NCBI RefSeq assembly: GCF_963921235.1
Contig: NC_086097.1
Location: forward strand, 114,082,001 to 114,146,000
Reading direction: 5' to 3'
DNA: 64,000 bases
Origin: Mobula hypostoma
Lineage: Eukaryota
This document shows positions 12,606 through 25,713 of the stretch, piece by piece; positions within the stretch are counted from its first letter, which is position 1; each line of letters starts with the position of its first letter. A program made the position numbers and the translations under genes. The notes beneath the pieces were generated by a model, which was not told where the DNA came from, did not search any database, and saw only the letters and a program-made list of their open reading frames with translations.

Positions 12606-14686
12606 CTAAAACAGAAGGATGGAGATCAGGAAGTGTTTCCAAAATAATATTCGAAGTAAAAATTAATAATGCAACATATTGTACCTCACTAATGTTTCTC
12701 TTTGATGAAATAAGTTTACTTACACAAATCCCAAAAGGACTGGCAATGCCATTATCAGTCATTAATGCAAAACTCTTCAGTAGCACTCCTCTAATAGGAA
12801 CATTAACACATCAGATTTGCGAATTTGTAATAACATCAAGAAGTTTGACAAAATGTCACATCTGCACAGCAAAGAGTATCCTGACTGGTTGCATCATGGT
12901 CTGGTATGGAAACACCAATGCCCATGAATGGAAAAGCCTACAAAAAGTGGACACAGACCAGTCCATCACGGGCAAAGCCTTCTGCGAGGTCATACTCTCT
13001 TCTCGCTGCTGCCATCAAGAAGCAGGCACAGGAGTAATAATAGGAGGCAAAATTGACATAATTTTTTATGCTATTGGAAGGAAGTATCGGGAGAATGTCA
13101 GAGATAGGTTTTTTACACATTGTGTGTTTGTTGTTTTTGGATAAAGTGCCAGATCAGCAGAGCAGTATCTGGATTCAAATTCAGTTCATGCTTTTTATCT
13201 AAATCCATATAAGAGCATAGAATATGGACCAGTACAGCACAGGAACAAGCCCTTCAGCTCACAATGTTGTGCTGAGTCAGCTAAGAGGTAAATTAAAAAA
13301 ACCCAAAGTCCAATCCCTCCTACCTACATCATGTCCATATCCCTCCATCTTCCTTACATTCATGTACCTGTCTATAGCCTCTAATGTGTTTGCTTCTACC
13401 ACCATACCAGGTAGTGCAGTCCAGGTACCCACCACTCTCTGAGTAAAAAAACTTACCCCTCACATCCCCTTTGAACCTACTCCCTCTCACCTTCAATGCA
13501 TGCTCTTTGGTATTCGAAATTTCCACTCTGGGGAAAAGAAAACACCCTGTCTACTCTATCAATGCCTCTCATAATCTTACAAACCACTAATTTATCCCCG
13601 GTGGAATTCTACTGTCCACCTCTTGGCAAAGTACTTTAGGAATGAAAACATGGTTATGGAGAGGCCAAAGGAAAGATTTGTAATGGTAAGATCCTAAGGG
13701 AGGGTCTCTGCTCAAAATGTGGACTTGTTTTTCATCTCCATAGCTGCTGCCTGACCCACTGAGTTATTTTAGCATTTCGTGTAAGTTGCTAAGGTAGTTT
13801 TAGGAATGGGAATTAATCTATGGAGGTGAAGAACCAGTCCACGTTTTGAGCAGAGAAGCTGGTTTGTTCTCATAACAGTGAAGTGCAAGACATTTGTCAA
13901 CAGTCATGAAAAGAAAACATTTAAAGACTTTACATATTGAAAATCTGTCTCTAGTGCCTATAAGGAGAAAGAGATAAAAGTTTACGTCATTGGCATAAAA
14001 GCCACGTGATACACAGAAATAGTTAGAATATTGTGTGCGGTACCTAATAGTATAGATGATATAAATTCAGTAGTGATATTCAAAAGGCAAGCAATCAATG
14101 AGCCAATTAATCAAATAAATAAATAAAGGGATGGATGAATGAATGAACAAATGAATAGATTACTAAACAAGCGAATGGAGTGAAAGATGCTTGAGATTTA
14201 GGAAAGGAGTAGGGGGAAAGGGGTTAAGTGGATTGCTCTTACTAGAGCAAGTGCAGGCCCAAGAGTTGTGGGACCTGATACTGAGCTGAAATACTTTATA
14301 ATTCAAGATCATTGAACAGTTTGTGAACCTTAGGATCTCTCATTATCAGAGAGCCACTACTTTTTCAGCAAACAGTACCTGAGTCCAAAACCCTTAGTTT
14401 GGTGACCATGACCATGTGTTTTTGCCTTGTTGGATTCTTTTCCTGCTGCGTCTCTAAGTTTCTCAGGCACTTCCCATCCTGGCTACATCTCACTCACCAA
14501 AGGCCAGTGACAAGCCAGCAATATCCCAGTGGTGTTCACTAGTGACAGTAATTCACACGAGAGACTATTTACAAGTTGATGAGTGCGAGTGTACCTGTGC
14601 GTGCATGCATCTGGGGTTGTAGTTTTGTGTTTATGTACCCATGAGTGTGTTTGAATATTTTGTCTGTTTCATTTTGTGTGTATGTA

Positions 14687-15220
14687 CAGTACTGCGGAAA
14701 AGTCTTCGGCACACGTATAAAAATGCCAGAGTGCCTCAGATTTTTTGCACAGTATCATATTTGTCAACGATGAGTGGAGAGCAACTTTGAAAATCTGGCG
14801 AGAGCGAAGGATGTTGGGAATGGTGAGGATGGATTTCCACAGGAGGGTTGTGGGACAGTTGGCAGAGAAGGAGTGTCAGGGGTAGTGGGGTATGGTGGAG
14901 CAGGTACAGATCCACCAGCCCTGAGACACCAGGCAAGGTCAGTTGTTTCCAAACAATTTATTGATCATTGCGAAATGTCTCTCTGATCCTTCCCGCTCCT
15001 TCCCCTTGCCTCAACCATGATTCCCCTCTCCCTGCCCTCTTCCCACTCTCAGTCCACAATAGAGACCCATATCAGAATCAGGTTTATCATCACTCACATA
15101 TGTCATGAAATTTGTTTTTGCAGCAACAGTAATAAAATACTATAATAAAATTATTATAGTATTGTGCAAAAGTCTTAGGCACCCTAGCTATATATGTGCT
15201 AAGATTTTCGCACAGTACTG
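14687..15220. mobile_element. Tc1/mariner-type non-autonomous element with four TIR copies
   Basis: TA|CAGTACTGCGGAAAAGTCTTCGGCAC ... GTGCTAAGATTTTCGCACAGTACTG|TA, with internal TIR copies at about 14731-14755 and 15158-15182. Confidence 0.8.
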
Positions 15221-15829
15221 TATGTGTGTTATTTATGGTGCATATTCATATTGAGCCTATGAGTATGTTTGCATGTGTAACTAAATGATGCTTACTATGC
15301 TTTTTTTTGTATGCCTGTTTTTCTTGTATTTTTGTATATGATTAGTTTTGTGTTTGTGCATGTCTATGTTTTTGTATCCCATTTGTTTTGTGATGTATCT
15401 TTCCACATCATCTTTTTCTGGATGTGGGGATTACTAAAAGACCAGTGTATTGTGTTCATTCCCTCGAGAAGGTGGGGTTGAGTTGCCTTCTTTAACCACT
15501 GCAGTCACTGCGGTAAGATCTGCTATTTGTGCTGGAGGACAGTGATTCCAGGATTTAGATATGGTGATGATGAAGGACTGGCAATTTCCTTCTAAGTCAG
15601 GATGGTGCGTCCCTTGGTGGGGAACCCGCAGATGATGACATTCCCCTGCCCTTTGTCCTTCCTGGGATGGATGGTGCAGGTTTACGAGGTGCTGTTAGAT
15701 TAGGCCGAGCAAGTTAGACCAAAGGGCTTGTATGTGCTGTGGTGTTCTGTGTTCTAGGTAGTTGGTAAACACTGCAGCCATTTTGTGACAGTAGTAGAGG
15801 AGATGAATGTTTATAAGGAAGATAGAATT

Positions 15830-16760
15830 TAAAACAGTACAGCACTGGAACAGCCCTTTCGCCCTTGATGTTATTAAATTACTAATCGAATGCCTGACTA
15901 AAACTAATCCCTTCTGCTTACACAATGTCCATATCCTTCCATTCCCTGCACATTCATGTACCTATCTAAGAGCCTTTTGAATGCCTCTATTGTGTTTGCC
16001 CTCGCCATTGTGCCAGGCGCAGCAATCCAGCCACGCACCACTCACTGTGTAAAATTATTTGTCCCACACATCTCCATCTCTTATGTCAAATGCATGCCTT
16101 TCGGTATTAGGCATTTCAGCCCTGGGGAAAAAAGATGTGGGCTGTCTACTCTGTCAACGTCTTTCATAATCTTATGAGCGTCCATCAGGTCTCCCTTCAG
16201 GCCCTGCTGCTCCAGAGAAAATAACCCGAGGTTGCCCAGCCGCTCCTTGTAGTATATGTCTTCTCATCCATGAGCATCCTGGTAAACCTCCTCTGCACTC
16301 TCTCCAAAGCCTTGACGTCCTTCCTATAATGGTCTGATCAGAACTGAATGTAATACTCCTGATGTGGCCGCACGAGAGTCCTATAAAGATGTAATACCTG
16401 ACTCGTGAACTCAGTTCCATGAGTAATAAAGACAAGCATGCTACTTTCCTTTTTAACCACCCTATCAACCTGTGTTGCCACTTTCGGGGAAATATGAGCT
16501 TGGACTCAATGATCCCTCTGATCATCAATACTGTTAAGGATTTTGCCACTAACAGTGTACTGCCTCTTTACATTTGATCTTCTAATGTGCAACACTTCAT
16601 ACTTGACTGGGTGAAACTCCATCTGCCATTTCTCTGCCCATATTTACAAATGATCTGTATCCCACTGTCAGTCTTCTACACCATCCACAACACCACCAAT
16701 CTTCATATCATCTGCAGATTTACTAACCCACCCATCCATGGTTTCATCCAGCCCATTTGT
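15830..16760 (-). mobile_element. CR1 LINE ORF2/3' fragment
   Basis: WVSKSADDMKIGGVVD (degenerate KFADD) plus CR1 C-terminal motifs. Confidence 0.8.
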
Positions 16761-16995
16761 ATGCAGTATACCACAAACAGCAGAAGTTCCAGTACAGACC
16801 TCCAGCCAGAATAAGTCCCGTTGACTAAATTCACCACCCATCTTGGCATCCAAAGTTTCCCGGCATTGCTTTCCTTCTTACTGGTACCTACCTGTCCTCT
16901 ACTCATAAAGTTGGTTTTTTAAACACCACTCACATGTCAGATATGGACTGGCCAAGAAATGACTGTTTGCAATTAACTCTCCCTAGTTCCTGCCT

Positions 16996-17191
16996 GGGCC
17001 AGCTGGTGGTGTAGTGGCATCAGCACTGGACTTCAAGGCTGAAGGTCCTGAGTTCAAACCCAGCCAGGTCCCAACCTGGGCAACAGCAGTATCTGGGCGG
17101 AAGAAAGGCCTGGCAATCTACTTCTGTATCTTGCCATGAAAACGCTGTGGTCTATGAGGTCACGAAGAGTCGGACACAACTGAGCAACAAA
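16996..17191 (+). mobile_element. tRNA-derived SINE with RTE/Bov-B-like 3' tail
   Basis: A box TGGTGTAGTGG, B box GAGTTCAAACC; tail GGTCACGAAGAGTCGGACACAACTGAGCAACAA; TSD AGTTCCTG(C/T)CT at 16985-16995 and 17192-17202. Confidence 0.8.
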
Positions 17192-18965
17192 AGTTCCTGT
17201 CTAATGCTCTCATAATTTGCCCTGCTCTGATTTACTTCTCTTCCACAAGGTCTATGCTTATCTTTAAAACTTAAAGAGTTCTCACTGTCCTTCCACTTAA
17301 AGGTGGCTCACCTGGTCAGGCTCATTACCCAACATCAGGTCCAGTACAGCCCCCTCCTTTTGTTGGACTATCTATATATTGATTTGAGAAACCCTCCTGG
17401 ATGCACCTAACCAATTCTAACCCATCCAATCCTCTTGCATTAAGGAAATCTCGGTTTATATTAGGAAAACTGGAGTCACCCACCACCATGACCTTTTTGT
17501 TTTAACACCTTTCCCAAAACTATCACATATCTATTCTTCAGTGTCTGTGGACCTCAGGTTGGGAACCCCTGGTTTAGAAAGATTGATGGGGAGCTAATGA
17601 ATTAGACTATTTGTTCTGAACAGCAGAGAGCTTTTTAAAGAATTTAATGGGTAAGTGGGGTGTTTCATTACATTCCTGACTTGTGCACTGTAGATGGAGG
17701 AGAAGCCTTGGGTGAGAGGAGGTGAGTTATTCATCACAACATACCAGAGCCAAGTGACCCTTGAGGGCTGCCCCCAGCACAATCCTCAAAATAACACATT
17801 CACTCTATGTTTCAATATGCATGTGACAAATGAAGGTTTACCTTTGTAAGTGCTGTTTAATAACACTGTCAAATTAACTTCCATAATTTTGCTGATTATT
17901 GCAATAGAGTAATTGGGCAGGAATTAGCCGGATGGGATTTTTCCTGCTACTTGTCAATGGGACAAATTTGTGCAATTTTCTCCATTGTCAGCTAGATGTC
18001 AATACTGTGACTTTATTGCAACAGCTGGGCTAGAGATGCAGCTATTTCTGGAGCTCAGCTCCACAGTAGCAATGTCGCCTGGCCAATGGTCTTTTGTGTG
18101 TCCAGTACTCTCGGACATTTCTTGACATTGCATAGAATAAGGTCATAAGACACAGGAGTAGAATTAGGCCATCTGGCCCATTAGGTCCGCTCCGCCATTC
18201 CATCATGGCTGATCCCTCTCAACTCTATTTTCCTGGACTCTCCCCATAACCTTTAATGCCCTTACTAATCAAGAACCTATCAACTCCTGCTTTAAATATA
18301 CCCAATACCCTGACCTCCATAGCTATCTGTGGCAGTGAGTTCCACAGATTGACCACTCTCTGGCTAAAGAATGTTCTCCTCAGTTCTCTTCTAAAGGATT
18401 GCCTTTCTATTCTGAGGCTGTGCCCACTGGTCCTAGACTCTCCCATAACAGGAAACATCCTCTCTATGTCTACTATATATAGACGTTTTCAATATTTGAC
18501 AGGAATGAATTGAATTAGCTGGAGAATGATTTCTGTGATGGAGAGGACTTCAGATGGAAGATGGATCTCCTGTCTGAAAATGATTGCAAATGCAGCTTTT
18601 CTCAAACAGAGGCTAATCCTAGGTTAAATGTTCAAATAATAGTGACTTTGCTGTTAATTAATATCTAATTAAGTCAATATATTTATTCTTGCTCAAAAAG
18701 GTGTAAGGACTGTTCCTGCTCCTATTTCTCCTGTTCAGTTCAGACACAGCAAAGTGTTGAGTAAATCAAAGCATATGGGAAAAGAAACTAACTTCATAAG
18801 TCTTTATACCCAAGTAAGTAAATTGATTTCTTACAATTTTAAAAGGAAGGTTAGTATTAACTAATACTAAATTATTCAAAGGAAGAAGTTCACACTCTTA
18901 TGAAAGTTAAGTTTATATCCTGAAAACTGACTAAAGCAGGAGAGTAAAGGAAGTATGGAAGGCTG

Positions 18966-20437
18966 TCGCAAACAAGAGAAATCTGCGGATGCTGGAAATC
19001 CAAACAACACACAGAAAATGCTGGAGGAACTCAACAGTCCAGGCAGCATCTATGGAAAAGAGTACAGTCAACGTTTCAGGCCGAGACCCTTCAAGCAGGA
19101 CTGGAGAAAGAAAGATGAGTGAAGTTAAAAAGTGGGGGAGGGGAGGGGTGAAAGGTGAAAGGTGGAACTGGGAGGAGAGGGGTGAAGTAAAGAGCTGGGA
19201 AGTTGATTGGTGAAAGAGATACAGGACTGGAGATGGAGGAATCCAATCGAAGAGGATAGAAGGCCATGGAAGAAAGAAAAGGGGAGAGAAGCGCCAGAGA
19301 GAGGTGATGGGCAGGCGAGGAGATATGGTGAAAGAGGGAAAAGCCGATGGGCAATAGTGAAGGGAGGGTATTACCCGAAGTTTGAGAAATCAATGTTCAT
19401 GCCATCAGGTTGGAGGCTACCCAGGTGGAATATAAGGTGTTGTTCCTCCAACCTGAGTGTGGCCTCATCGCGACAGTGGAGGAGGCCATGGATAGGCATA
19501 TTGGAATGGGAATGGGAAGTGGAGTTAAAATGGGTAGTCACTGGGGGATCCCACTTTTTCTGGCGGATGGAACGTAAGTGCTCAGCGAGCTGGCTTCCAA
19601 ATCTGAATCGGGTGCCACACTGGGAGCACCGGACTCGGTATATGACCCCAACAGAATTACAGGTGAAGTGTCACCTCATCTAGAAGAACTGTTTGGGTCC
19701 CAAAGTGGTAATGAGGAGGAAGTGTACTGGCAGGTGTAGCACTTGTTCTGCTTGCAAGGATAAATGCCAGGAGGGAGGTCAGTGAGGAGGGACGAATGGA
19801 CAAGGGAGTCGCGTAGGAAGCGAACCTTGTGGAAAGCAGGGGGGAGGGAAAGATGTGCTTGGTAGTGGGATCCCATTGGAGATGGCAGAAGTTATGGAGA
19901 ATTATGTGCTGAATGCGGAGGTTGGTGGACTGGTGAGTGAGGGTAAGAGGAAGGGTGGCGGGATGATGGGGTAAGAGCAGATGTGCTTGAAATGGAAGAG
20001 ATGCGGTTGAGGGCTGCGTTGGTGGTGAAGGAAGGAAAGCCCCTCTCTTTGTAGAAGGTGGATATCTCCTTCGTTCTGGAATGAAAAGCCTCATCCTGAG
20101 AACAGATGTGGCAGAGGCGGAGGAATTGAGAGAAGGGGATGGCGCTTTTGCAAGTAATGGGGTGGGAGGAGCTGTAGTCCAGGTAGCTGTGAGAGTCCAT
20201 GGGTTTATAATAGACATCAGTAGATAAGCTATCTTCAGAGATAGAGACAGAAAGATCAAGAAAGGGGAAGGAAATGGACCGGATGAATTTGAGGGCAGGG
20301 TGGAAGCTGGAGGCAAAGTGGATGAAGCCATTGAGTTCTGCATGGGTGCAGAAAGCAGCACCAATGCAATTGTCGATGTCGCGTAGGAGAAGTGGGGGAC
20401 GGCCACCAGTGAAGTCTTGGAACAGAGACTGTTCCAC
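18966..20437 (-). mobile_element. 5'-truncated Penelope-like element (RT C-terminus, GIY-YIG, pLTR)
   Basis: ORF 19892-20437: LLRDIDNCIG (YIDD-derived), FPFLDL, VYYKPMDSHSYLDYSSSHP, AIPFSQFLRL. Confidence 0.9.
19065..19103 (-). ncRNA. Degenerate minimal hammerhead ribozyme motif in Penelope pLTR
   Basis: CAGTC CTGCTTGA AGGGTCTCGGCCT GAAAC GTT GACTG; helix I intact, core box altered. Confidence 0.6.
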
Positions 20438-21285
20438 GTGGAACAGTCCCTACGTGACTCCCTTGTCCATTCGTCCCTCTGCAATAATCTCCCTCCTGGC
20501 ACTTATCCTTGCAAGTGAAACAAGTGCTGCACCTCTATCTCCACACTCACTGCGATTCAGGGCCCCAAACAGTCCTTCCAGGTGAGGTGACACTTCACCT
20601 GTGGGTTTGTTGGGGTCATATACCGTGTCCGGTGCTCCTGGTGTAGCCTCTTGTATATCGGTGAGACCCGACATAGATTGGGAGACAGTTTCACTGAGCA
20701 CCTACACTCCTTCCACCAGGAAAAGCGGGAACTCCCAGTGGCCACCCACTTTAATTCCACTTCTTATTCCCATTCCGATATGTCAATCCATGGCGTCCTT
20801 TACTGTCGCAATGGGGCCACATTCAGGTTAGAGGAACAACACTTTATATTCCAGCAGGGTAGCCTCCAACCTGACGGCACGAACATCAATTTTTCGAACT
20901 TCCAGTAATGATTACCCCCCCACCCTTCACCATTCCCCATCACCTTTTCTCTCTCTCACCTTACCTTCCCATTGCTTCCCTCTGGTGCTCCTCACCCTTT
21001 TTCTTTCCTCCATGCCCTTCTGTCCTGTGCTATTGGATTCCCCCTTCTCCAGCACTGTATCTCCTTCACCAATAAACTTCCCAGCTCTTTATTTCACCCC
21101 TCCCTGTCCCGGTTTCACCTATCACCTTGTGTTTCTCCCTCCCCTCCCCCCACCTTTTAACTCTACTCCTCATCTTTTCTGTTTCTTCAGTCCTACTGAA
21201 GGGTCTCGGTCTGAAACATCAACTATACTTTTTTTTCCATAAATGCTGCCTGGCCTGCTGAGTTCCTCCAGCATCTTGTGTGTGT
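20438..21285 (+). mobile_element. Inverted partner Penelope fragment (GIY-YIG endonuclease plus pLTR)
   Basis: GVIYRVRC...YIGETRHRLGDSFTEH...VATHFN (GIY-YIG), followed by pLTR. Confidence 0.9.
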
Positions 21286-21896
21286 GACCTACTCCTTTCT
21301 GAATTTCCTGTACTTTCTCAAGTGCGTGTGTGCGTATGCATGTGTGTGCTGACATCTGAAATTCAGGAACAAAGGCAACAGTGGGTTATTCAACCCATTG
21401 AGTCTTTCTATTGGATAGTCACTGAGCTGTAATTCCCAGTTCCTTGTCTTAGTTAAATATCTCTCAATATTCTTAGTTAGCAAAGACCCTTCTCATGGCA
21501 ATGGGGAGTTACTTTCAGATATTTGATGAGGTTTATATTCTACTTATGCTGTTTTTCTCACTGATGAGACCATGCTGGAAGAACTTGGCTGGTATCTGAA
21601 CATCAGCAAAGTGAAAAAAAATTTCAGAGCTGATGCAACCTATCTTTTTCTTTTTCTGAAGTTCCATGCTGTGTGATTTTGTCTCCCTTTTTCCCATTTT
21701 AGACACTGAAGCTGGTGTAGATTTCTAGTATATATTGAAAGCGTTTGAGTGTTATGGAAGGTTAATTTAGTGTCATCCAGTTCTTGACAACTGTGCACCT
21801 CAAATTTATGATATTGATATGTGCATTTATAAACACGGAAAACATGAACCTGTCTTTTTAATGCTGTTATTTTCTGTTCCCACGCACACAATTTAC

Positions 21897-22592
21897 CGTT
21901 AGGTCAGCCCTGATGGCAAAGTTCTCTGGCTTGATGTCACAGAGATGGAGCTGGTGGGAAAAGTCATTCTCAAAATGCCTAGCTAGATCTAGGAAGCTAA
22001 CTGCGATCCCATTAGCTGCCTGCCACAAGGCCTTGCTGCTGCTGCCTCGCCAGGAGTGGGCGCCCAGCTCTTCCAGGGCAAAAAGGTTGTGATGCCAAGC
22101 ATGTCCAGCTGTGAGGTACTCAACGGCGTAGAAATGACCGCAGGAGCCCACCATTTTGAGAACATGTTTACTGAGATCCTGCAGTAACTGGAAAAAGACA
22201 TATTCTTCCTGCTGTAGGAGAGACCACATGCTGGCTAGCTCTGCCCTTGAGAAAGAGCTCCTCCTGTTTTTTAAATGCTTGGTCCATAGCTGTGGTACTG
22301 TAACATTCTTCACATCCAGACCCAAAGAGTGTTTGATTTCCAAGGCAGTAAAGACCAGGATGTCAATATCTAGAATGGATCCGCTCTCTTGCTCATCCAG
22401 CAGGTAAAAGCTGTCATAGCTTAAAAAGTCTTCTAGTTTGGATTTCAGAATTATAGGCCGCCCATTCCAATCAGCCTGTATAACTTTCTTCCCTTTGTCA
22501 TAGTACAGACATCGTTTATAAACCATTGTCTGTGTGACACACAAGTCCTCGCACAGGTTCCCTGTCAGCAATCCCTGCCGATAGTCACGACA
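21897..22592 (-). CDS. DIPK1C: DIPK1C/FAM69C-type kinase, coding exon 2 (232 codons)
   Basis: Acceptor tttattacag|TGT and donor ACG|GTAAAT; encodes CRDYRQGLLTGNLCEDLC, IILKSK, LWSLLQQEE-like MWSLLQQEEYVFF, GSCGHFYAVEYL and HLCDIKPENFAI, all FAM69-family motifs. Confidence 0.95.
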
Positions 22593-23249
22593 CTGTAATA
22601 AACATAGAAACCCACAATCAGCTCTATTGCATTCAATCGAAGCAAGCAACACCAAAATATAAGCATCTGGTATATGTGAAGTTAAATCAAGCAAAATAAA
22701 ACTATGCAGGAAAACTTAACATTAGGTTTGAAATATCATAGAGCAAGGAATAGTTCTCACATGTCTGTGAATGGGATTTGTGGTTTACAAACTCAGCACT
22801 GTCCTCCCCAGCATCAAGGCCATCTTCAAAAGGAAGACGTGCTCCCTTCTCATTACTACCATCAGAGAGGAGGTACAGGGGCCTTGAAACACACACTCAT
22901 TGTCTTAATCAGCCAATGCTCTGCAACTTTACAACACCATCTCTTTCAGTTCCATAACGAAATGAAAGAAATTCATGATTTTATTTCACTTCTTTCAAAT
23001 CAATCCATGCATCCACTGCATGCTCTGGTGTTAAATGACTCAATGGAGGCATGGAAATTTAAAACCATACTGATGCTTAAATGTTCACTGAGAACTCACA
23101 CATAATTTTCCCTCAGATAAACTTCAGCAAATACATTCAAGCAATAATAGAATCTGTGGTGATATTTGTTTTCTTTGATGTCCAAGTGATTGTTACTAGT
23201 ATAATGTTCTAAAGGTCATTCAAAAGATAGTTGCTCATTAATGCAACTA

Positions 23250-23995
23250 TCTAATCAGCCAATCATGTGGTAGCAACTCAATTCAGACATGATCATGTCC
23301 AGACCAAAGATCAGAATGGGGAAGAAACATGATCTAAGTGACTTTAACCATGGAATGATTTTTGGTGCCAGAAGGGGTGGTTTGAGTATCTCAGAAACTG
23401 CTGATCTCCACGGATTTTCACACACATCCGTCTCTAGAGTTACACACACACAATGCTGTAGGAAGTCAGCAGGTCAGACAGCATCTATGGAAATGAATAA
23501 ACAGTCAATATTTCAGACTGACACCCTTCTTCAGGACTGAGAAGGAAAGGGGAAAATGCCAGAATAAAAAAGTGGGGGTAGGGGTAGGAGACTAGATGGA
23601 AGGTGATAAGTGGGTGGGGAAGGTCAAGGGATGGAGAAGAAAGAATCTGATAGGAGAGGAAAGTCGACCATAGGAGAAAGGAAAGGAAAAAGGGAAGGAG
23701 GTAGGGACCCGGGAGGAAGAGATAGGCAGGTGAGAAGGGGTAAAATGTCAGAGGAGGAATCGAGTAAGGGGGGGGGAGAAAAGTTTTTTATCAGATGGAG
23801 AAATCTATATTTATTATTATTATGTTTCGATATTCACTCCAGAGTTTACAGAGAATGGAGTGAGTAGCATTTCTCTGGGCGTAATCACTTTGGTATTGCG
23901 AGAGGTCAGAGGTCTCACTTTGAAGTGAAAGGGCCACCGTAGTAGATGACCGCACTGGGTTCCACTCCCGTGCCTAATAAAGTGGCCACTGAGTG
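23250..23995 (+). mobile_element. Internally deleted Tc1-like transposon, interrupted by a Penelope pLTR (about 23443-23806, -)
   Basis: MGKKHDLSDFNHGMIFGARRGGLSISETADLHGFSHTSVSRV...YREW (Tc1 HTH); right end AATAAAGTGGCCACTGAGTG|TA. Confidence 0.8.
23502..23539 (-). ncRNA. Minimal hammerhead ribozyme motif (both core boxes present, weak helix II)
   Basis: CAGTC CTGAAGA AGGGTGTCAGTCT GAAAT ATT GACTG. Confidence 0.6.
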
Positions 23996-24019
23996 TATTT
24001 TGGAATGAGACAGGAATTT

Positions 24020-24510
24020 ACTAGATAGATAGGCAGATAGATACTTTATTGATCCCAAAGGAAATTACAGTGTCACAGTAGCATTACAAGTGCAGAAATA
24101 TAAATATTAGAAGAGAAGTAGTAAGAATAAAAAACAATTTACCACAAAGAGTCTACAGGAGGAGGTCATTGCTTCCCTGGCTATAGGTTAACTCATCATG
24201 GGGCCTAATTGCTAAGGGTAAGAATGACCTCATATAGAGCTCTTTAGAGCGGCGCATTGTCTTAGTCTATTACTAAAAGTGCTCCTCTGTTCAGCCAAGG
24301 TGGCATGCAGAGGGTGAGAAACATTGTCCAGAATTGCCACAGCCTCCAGTGTGTCTGGTTTGACTATTATAATAGAGCCAGCCTTTCTAATCAGTTTATT
24401 GAGCCTGTTAGCATCACCTGGTTTGATGCTATTGCCGAACGCATCACCACATGGAAGATTGTACTGTACTGGCAACAACAGACTGGTAGAGCATGTGAAG
24501 GAGAGTCATT
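24020..24510 (-). mobile_element. Rex1/Babar- or L2-group LINE 3' fragment
   Basis: DANRLNKLIRKAGSII...ILDNVSHPLH motif; ctat/atct-type tail. Confidence 0.7.
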
Positions 24511-24618
24511 AACAGGAGAATCATTAAAAGGCTGCTGGACTAGTGTGACTTTCTAAAAACTGGCAATCATTTTCATAAGGAAGAGTTTTTAGCTGGAGTG
24601 CTAGACAATGCTATAAAA

Positions 24619-25713
24619 CAGTGGTGGGCAACCCGCGGAGGTATTTTGACCGGCCCGCGAGCGACTTTTCCTCAGCGTGAGTGTTTCACATGACCGCACT
24701 GATGGACATGCATGGCGTCTTGTTACACTGGCCCCAGGTTCCGTTTTGTTCCAAACCAAACACTGGTATATACGAAAGACGGGAAGGCAGACTACCTTAT
24801 TACTATGTATTAGATACTCTCCGTGCACGCACAGGTTTTCAGATGGGATCGTTCAAATTTGTCAACAGAAACCGCGTCACTGTGTTTTAACAAGAAATCC
24901 ACGCTAAATATACAGATATTTACATGTGCTACGATACTTGTTGAATAACTCGCGTTTCGAAATAAAATCAAAGAAAAACATTCTAGTGGCAATGAATGCA
25001 AAACGCAGGAAGGTAGACGCTTAGTACCGAAAAAGCAGTGAAAATGAAGGAAATTCCCGTGGCAGCTACGAAGTCTCAAAACGTATTGCAGAAAAGATGA
25101 AGCCTTTTACAGATGGAGAGTTTGTCAAAGAATGTTTACTGGCAGTGGTGGATATTGTTTGTCCTGAAAAGAAATCTTTATTTGCATCTGCAGTATCAGC
25201 CTGTCAGCACACGGCGAGTTGAAGAAACGGCAGCAGATGTTAAAAGGATGCTTAAAGGATGCTTAACGGATGCCTGCAACGAATTGCATTTTTTTTCATT
25301 TGCGCCTGCTGAGAGTACAGACTTGAGAGACACTGCTTAACTTTCAGTGTTTGCGTGAGGAATGACCTCAACTTTTCAAATTTTCGAAGAGTTTATTCAA
25401 TTAATTCCTATTAAGGACACGGTTACTGGGGCAGATATTTTTGAAGCTTTGCTGAAAATGATGTCAGAAATGAAACTTAATGTGTCGAAGCTAATTGGGC
25501 ACCAGCAATGGTGGGACAAAAAAACTAAACTGAGTTCTATGATTACTAATTGGCATCCTCGGTTAAGCACAAATGATTTTCTAGCATGTGTTACTCATTA
25601 ATTTGAGACAAAACATAACTAGATGTATTTAAATGTATAATTCCCATATTTCAGTTTTAATACTCATTAATACGCGATCCGATCCACAGAGGCGAAAAGG
25701 TTGCCGACCCCTG
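24619..25713 (+). mobile_element. hAT/Charlie DNA transposon, internally deleted
   Basis: TIRs CAGTGGTGGGCAACC / GGTTGCCGACCCCTG; perfect 8-bp TSD CTATAAAA (24611-24618, 25714-25721); transposase remnants KPFTDGEFVKECLL, ESTDLRDTA, TVTGADIFEAL. Confidence 0.92.

Noticed and set aside
16996..17075. Possible tRNA gene
   Set aside because: No proper acceptor stem; continues into a LINE-like tail and has a TSD, so it is a SINE.
19657..20502. 281-aa minus-strand ORF
   Set aside because: Alternative frame of the Penelope RT crossing the inverted junction; the real frame is 19892-20437.
22593..22694. First 34 residues of the 275-aa ORF
   Set aside because: Intronic read-through upstream of the AG acceptor.
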